DNA from: Octopus sinensis
Taxonomy: Eukaryota
Length of the DNA: 28,421 bases
NCBI RefSeq assembly: GCF_006345805.1
Contig: NW_021827562.1
Span: 1 to 28,421 of the forward strand
Direction of reading: 5' to 3'
Shown here: one piece after another, positions 23,031 to 28,421 of the stretch
Layout of the letters: each line of letters begins with the position of its first letter
How positions within the stretch are numbered: the first letter of the stretch is position 1
Notes under the pieces: generated by a model
What the model was told of the DNA's origin: nothing
Seen by the model: only the letters and a program-made list of their open reading frames with translations
The model's database searches: none
Made by a program: the position numbers and the translations under genes

Positions 23031-23277
23031 GGAGGCACATGGCTTAGTGGTTAGGGTGTCAGCACCATGATCGTAAGATTGTGGTTTCGATTCCTGGGCC
23101 GGGTGATGCATTGTGTTCTTGAGCAAAGCACTTCATTTCACATTGCTCCAGTCCACTCAGCTGGCGAAAATGAGTAACGCTGCAACGGACTGGCGTCCCA
23201 TCCAGCTGGGAAACACATACACCATAGAAACCGGGAAACTGGGCCCATGAGCCTGGTTAGGCTTTAAAAGGGTGCAT
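23031..23277 (+). mobile_element. tRNA-head SINE related to family 3
   Basis: ggaggcacatggcttagtggttag..ggtttcgattcc; shares ggactggcgtccc..gaaaccgggaaac with 12421-12722. Confidence 0.7.
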
Positions 23278-23278
23278 A

Positions 23279-23512
23279 GGCGGCGAGCTGGCAGAATCGT
23301 TAGCGAACTGGGCGAAATGCTTATCGGTATTTCGTCTGTCGTTACATTCTGAGTTCAAATTCCACTGAGGTCGACTTTGTCTTTCATCCTTTCGGGGTCG
23401 ATAAATTAAGTACCAGTTACGCACGGGGTCGATGTAATCGACTTAATCCGTTTGTCTGTCCTTGTTTGTCCCCTCTATGTTTAGCCCCTTGTGGGTAATA
23501 AAGAAATAGGTA
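23279..23512 (+). mobile_element. Meta-like tRNA SINE, full length
   Basis: ggcggcgagctggcagaatcg..gagttcaaattcc..ctttcatcctttcggggtcgataaattaagtaccag. Confidence 0.8.
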
Positions 23513-23744
23513 TTATATGTATATATATATATATAAACACACACACATATATATACACATATATAAATATATGTGTATATTTATATACATATAAGGTGGT
23601 ATCAAAATGTTCCTGGAGTAGTTCTGTAGTGCACCAACAGATGGCAGCACATGGTTGTGAGCCCAGTGAGATCTAGTAAGACCATTCATGAAGCAGTGTG
23701 CCAAGTGACATTGCTGTGTCTACTTCACAAGTTGCATATGTATC

Positions 23745-23746
23745 AC

Positions 23747-23779
<33 letters not shown>

Positions 23780-24770
23780 TTAATGTCTGTTTTCCATGCT
23801 AGCATGGGTTGGACGGTTTGACCGGGGTCTGGGAAGCCAGGAGGCTGCACCAGGCCCCAGTCTGATCCGGCAGTGTTTCTACAGCTGGATGCCCTTCCTA
23901 ACACCAACCACTCTGTGAGTGTAGTAGGTGCTTTTTACATGCCACCGGCAGCAGAAGCCAGTCAAGGTGGGGCTGGCATCGACCACGTTCTGATGGTGCT
24001 TTTTACGTTCCACTGGCACAGGTGCCAGTCAAGGCAGCACTGGCATCGGCCATGTTTGGAAAGTGCTTTTTATGTGCCACCAGCACAGAAGCCAGTCAAG
24101 GTGGGGCTGGCATCGGTCACGTTCGGATGGTGCTTTTTACATGCCACTGGCACAGGTGCCAGTCAAGGCGGGGCTGGCATCAACCATGTTCAGATGGTGC
24201 TTTTTACGTGCCAGTCAAGGCGGCACTGGCATCGGTCACGTTTGGATGGTGCTTTTTACGTGTCACTGGCACAGGTGCTAGTCTAGGCGGTGCTGGTATT
24301 GGCCACGTTCGGATGGTGCTTTTTATGCGCCACCGGCACAGAAGCCAGTCAAGGCAGCGCTGGCATCAGCCATGTTCAGATGGTGCTTTTTATGCGCCAC
24401 TGGCACAGAAGCCAGTCAAGGCAGCGCTGGCATCGGCTACGTTCGGATGGTGCTTTTTACATGCCACCGGCACAGAAGCCAGTCAAAGTGGCGCTGGCAT
24501 CAGCCACGTTCGGATGGTGCTTTTTATATGTCACTGGCACAGGTGCCAGTCAAGGTGGCGCTAGCATTGGCCACGTTCGGATGGTGCTTTTTACGTGCCA
24601 CTGACACAGAAGCCAGTCAAGGCGGCACTGCCATCGGCTATGTTCGGATGGTGCTTTTTACGTGCCACTGACACAGAAGCCAGTCAAGCCGGCGCTGGCC
24701 CTCGGCCACGTTCGGATGGTGCTTTTTACATGCCACCGGCACAGAAGCCAGTCAAGGCGGCACTGGCATC
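23745..24770 (-). mobile_element. (GAT)n-tailed retroposon with its internal 67-bp unit expanded to 13 copies (23928-24770)
   Basis: gtgctttt recurs at 23928, 23996, 24063, 24130, 24197, 24249, 24316, 24383, 24450, 24517, 24584, 24651 and 24719. Confidence 0.85.
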
Positions 24771-24771
24771 G

Positions 24772-24815
<44 letters not shown>

Positions 24816-24817
24816 TC

Positions 24818-24997
24818 GAGTGTGGTAATTTCCACCAGTGCCACCAGGCTGGCTTCTGTGCAAGTGGCATGTAAAAAGCACCATTTGAGCGTGGTTGTTA
24901 CCAGTACCGCCTGACTGACCCTCATGCCGGTGGCACGTAAAAAGCACCCACTATACTCTCGGAGTGGGTGACATTAGGAAGGGCATCAAGCTGTAAA
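24818..24997 (+). mobile_element. Partial copy of the (GAT)n-tailed retroposon, inverted relative to 23745-24770
   Basis: gtggcacgtaaaaagcacccacta..ttaggaagggcatc. Confidence 0.7.
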
Positions 24998-25002
24998 TAC
25001 TT

Positions 25003-25430
25003 CTCTCTTTACTCTTTTACTTGTTTCAGTCATTTGACTGCGGCCATGCTGAAGCACCGCCTTTAATCGAGCAACTCGACCCCGGGACTTATTCTTTGTA
25101 AGCCCAGTACTTATTCTATCGGTCTCTTTTGCCGAACCGCTAAGTGACGGGGACATAAACACACCAGCATCGGTTGTCAAGCAATACCAGGGGGACAAAC
25201 ACAGACACACAAACATACACGCACACACACATACACACACACACATATATATATATATACATATATGCGACGGGCTTCTTTCAGTTTCCGTCTAACAAAT
25301 CCACTCACAAGGCTTTGGTCTACCCGAGGCTATAGTAGAACACACTTGCCCAAGGTGCCACGCCGTGGGACTGAACCCGGAACCATGTGGTTGGTAAGCA
25401 ACCTACTTACCACACAGCCACTTCTGCGTC
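25003..25430 (-). mobile_element. SINE family 2, full length
   Basis: Matches the other family-2 copies. Confidence 0.8.
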
Positions 25431-25639
25431 TCATTAACTTCATTAATTTTTAAATTAATTACAGCAAAGTCAGTGTATTTCAGCAGAAATATGCTAAGAA
25501 AAGAGTTAAAGGGGTCTTAATTAAAACTTTCAATCAAAATATCTTGTTAATTTATATTCCAAACACCGAATTAATAACGACAAAGATATTTTACTAAATT
25601 CTTTGTCGTTTTCAAAATATCTTCAAAAGGCAGTATATA

Positions 25640-26386
25640 GGCGCAGGAGTGGCTGTGTGGTAAGTAGCTTGTTTACCAACCACATGGTTCCAGGTTCAGT
25701 CCCACTGCGTGACACCTTGGGCAAGTGTGTTCTACTATAGCCTTGGGCTGACCAATGCCTTGTGAGTGGATTTGGTAGATGGAAACTGAAAGAAGCCCAT
25801 CGTATATATGTATATATAGGTGCAGGAGTGGCTGTGTGGTAAGTAGCTTGTTTACCAACCACATGGTTCCAGGTTCAGTCCCACTGCGTGACACCTTGGG
25901 CAAGTGTGTTCTACTATAGCATTGGGCTGACCAATGCCTTGTGGAAGTGATTTGGTAGATGGAAACTGAAAGAAGCCCATCGTATAGTATGTATATATTA
26001 GGTGCAGGAGTGGCTGTGTGTAAGTAGTTGTGTCCAACCACATGGTTCCAGGTTCAGTCCCACTGCGTGACACCTTGGGCAAGTGTGTTCTACTATAGCT
26101 TGGGCTGACCAATGCCTTGTGAGTGGATTTGGTAGACGGAAACTGAAAGAAGCCTGTCGTATATATATATATGTTTGTGTGTCTGTGTTTGTCCTCCTAG
26201 CATTGCTTGACAACCGATGCTGGTGTGTTTATGTCCCCGTCACTTAGCGGTTCGGCAAAAGAGACTGATAGAATAAGTACTGGGCTTACAAAAAAGAATA
26301 AGTCCCGGGGTCGAGTTGCTCGATTAAAGGCGGTGCTCCAGCATGGCCGCAGTCGAATGACTGAAACAAGTAAAAGAGTAAAAGAG
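25640..26386 (+). mobile_element. SINE family 2 with a triplicated 5' module (starts 25640, 25819, 26001)
   Basis: Three heads of about 180 bp followed by one body and a gtaaaagagtaaaagag tail. Confidence 0.8.
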
Positions 26387-26855
26387 TATATACAGGCAAA
26401 GATCTGATAACAAAAGGATTATGACGTAATTAGAGAAACGAAGAAGTTGATGAAAATATATTAGTAACTAATTAACGCCTGAGAGATTAATTCAAAAGAG
26501 ATTAACAAGCAATCCCCAGTGACGACAGCCGTTCTAAGATAAATTAATTAGTGCTTCTAACCTGGATGTGTTTTGTTCTGACTGCCATAGGCAGCGATAA
26601 TTCATCAGAGAAATTATTACCAGGAGATGCGATGGCAGCATCACGTAATATCAGCGGAATTAGCAGTCTTAAAAGTGCAATTTATTGAAATTAAACGTTT
26701 CTCTCTGGACAACTCCTAGTTCATCTTTACGTCAAACGAACATTGGCAAACCTTTTTCCTTTCAGCTTCACCCTTGTATAACGTATCATTTGATTATCTT
26801 CTTTTTTAGCTATATCATCATCATCGTCATCATCATCATCATCATCATCATTTAA

Positions 26856-27574
26856 CCCTTTCGATACCAACCCATGTGAAACCACCTCTGGCTCTGTAGT
26901 ACAAATGTCTTGTTTTCATAAGTCCTAAATTAAAATCTTCCACCAAACTTTAGTCACAATTTATGTTCCTAACACTAGCTTAATGGTAACTAAGTTATTT
27001 TACTAAATTCTTTGTTATATTTATAATTAATTGAAAGAAACACAGAGCATCTCAACAGAAATATGGTAACAAAAGGGTTAGAGAAACAATTCTTAACCCT
27101 TTTGATACCAGCCTGGCTGAAACTGCTTCTGGCTCTGAGTACAAATGTCTTGTTTTCATAAGTTCTGAATTAAAATCTTCCACTAAACCTTAAGTCACAA
27201 TTTATGTTCCTAACACCAGCTTAATGATAACTAAGTTATTTTACTAAATTCTTTGTTATATTTAAAGTAATTGAAAGAAACACAGAGCATCTCAACGAAA
27301 TATGGTAATAAAAGGGTTAAAATATATAATAGAGAAACATTCTTAACCCCCTTTTGATACCTAGCCTGGCTTTAAACCGACCTCTTGGCTCTTTATACAA
27401 CTGTCTTGTTTTCATAAGTTCTGATTAAAATCTTCCACCCCACCAACCTTAGTCACAATTTATGTTCCTAACACCAGCTGAATGATAACTAATTATTTTA
27501 CTAAATTCTTTGTCATACTTAAAGTAATTGAAAGAAACAGAGAGCATTTCAAAATAAATACAGTAACGAAAGGG
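26856..27574. mobile_element. Three tandem piggyBac-type MITEs (26856-27077, 27097-27316, 27347-27574)
   Basis: Each unit is TTAA|CCCTTT.gatacc...gtaa.aaaAGGG|TTA(A). Confidence 0.8.
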
Positions 27575-27578
27575 TTAA

Positions 27579-27730
27579 CAGCCATTGTCCATGCTGGCAT
27601 GGGGCGGATAGTTTGACTGGGCTGGCAAGCTGGGAAGCTGTGCCAGACTCGAGTCTGATTTGGCATGGTTTTCTACAGCTGGGTGCCCTTCCTAATGCCA
27701 ACCACTCTGAGAGTGTAATGGGTGCTTTTT
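27579..27730 (-). mobile_element. (GAT)n-tailed retroposon split by the MITE array (tail at 26813-26851)
   Basis: catcatcat-TTAA..TTAA-cagcc..ccatgctggcatggg restores the family 3' end. Confidence 0.7.
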
Positions 27731-27755
27731 ATATATATGTATATATATATATATA

Positions 27756-27957
27756 GTTAATCCAAACAAGAAAGCACAAAAAAACACAACAACGCGAGGA
27801 CGTGGAACAAATATAGTATTATTGGACGCTCAGGAAAGAAGGAAAGAAGGAGGGTTTAATGTTTCGAGCGGAGCTCTTCGTCGGAAACATAGGAGAAGGA
27901 AAGATCCAGAGAAGGGAAGACAGAAAAAAATCACCACGGTACACACGAGGTCGCATA
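27756..27957 (-). mobile_element. Penelope-like terminal fragment in (TA)n with a hammerhead-like motif at 27854-27888
   Basis: Minus strand reads GUUU-CCGACGA-A-GAGC-UCC-GCUC-GAAAC-AUU-AAAC. Confidence 0.55.
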
Positions 27958-28081
27958 TGTATGTATGTATATATATATATATTTTATATGTATATAAATA
28001 TATATATATATATAATATATATATTATATAATATATATATATATTATATATAACGCATGTTGCAACACCATATGGTTGTAC

Positions 28082-28146
28082 CTCCAACCGTGCTGTCTTC
28101 TGCTGTGATTTTTGCTACCAAGGTATCGTTTAAACTTTTGATTAAT
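28082..28146 (-). CDS. Possible upstream 65-bp exon of the same gene
   Basis: Unique island between (TA)n tracts with tcttgttgcag| acceptor and a weak GAG|gtacaa donor. Two frames are open: INQKFKRYLGSKNHSRRQHGW(R), which is phase-compatible with exon 19867, or LIKSLNDTLVAKITAEDSTVG. Confidence 0.25.
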
Positions 28147-28177
28147 CTGCAACAAGATTATTCATCTTTCTATTTCA

Positions 28178-28209
<32 letters not shown>

Positions 28210-28213
<4 letters not shown>

Positions 28214-28421
28214 GGGCTGTGATGGGTAAATCATTACCATTTTATATTTTTAATTACATGCAAGGACATTTTTTTTTATTTTATCAACTACACAGTACAG
28301 TAGGGTCAGTTGGGCACCGTCTGTCACAAAAGTAGCAATATGATGCAATTCACTCTGCCAGAAATTTGGAACTGATATGCTGTACTGCTTGGCATTTGTG
28401 CCGGAAGCTCCAGTATGAACA
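28210..28421 (+). mobile_element. Possible Tc1/mariner-superfamily left end with a decayed transposase start
   Basis: TA-cacggg start. MMQFTLPEIWN*YAVLLGICAGSS loosely resembles a DD37D-type N-terminal helix. Truncated by the window edge. Confidence 0.35.

Noticed and set aside
23928-24770. CRISPR-like regularly spaced array
   Set aside because: There are no unique spacers, the whole 67-bp unit repeats, the context is eukaryotic and no cas genes are present.
26565-26612. CUGAUGA plus hairpin on the minus strand as another hammerhead
   Set aside because: No GAAA after the stem and the spacing is wrong.

Overview
AT-rich eukaryotic DNA made mostly of repeats. The SINE families and (AAT)n/(TA)n microsatellites look like those of an octopus or other coleoid cephalopod (inference). 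No intact long ORF is present; almost every ORF in the track is a microsatellite or transposon read-through. The window most likely holds the 3' part of one minus-strand protein-coding gene: a well-supported 173-bp exon (19695-19867) containing FDNQLY, an FxNPxY-like motif, followed by two phase-compatible candidate last exons (15025-15062 and 585-652). The rest is nested mobile DNA: several tRNA-head SINE families, a (GAT)n-tailed retroposon, Dong/R4, CR1 and RTE LINE 3' fragments, non-autonomous Helitrons, a deleted mellifera-type mariner, mariner and piggyBac-type MITEs, Penelope-like terminal fragments and minisatellites. The most notable signal is a set of minimal hammerhead-ribozyme-like motifs from at least three unrelated Penelope-like families, some with altered catalytic cores and some fused head-to-head into about 180-bp fold-backs inside the intron. 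All calls were made by eye with no database search.
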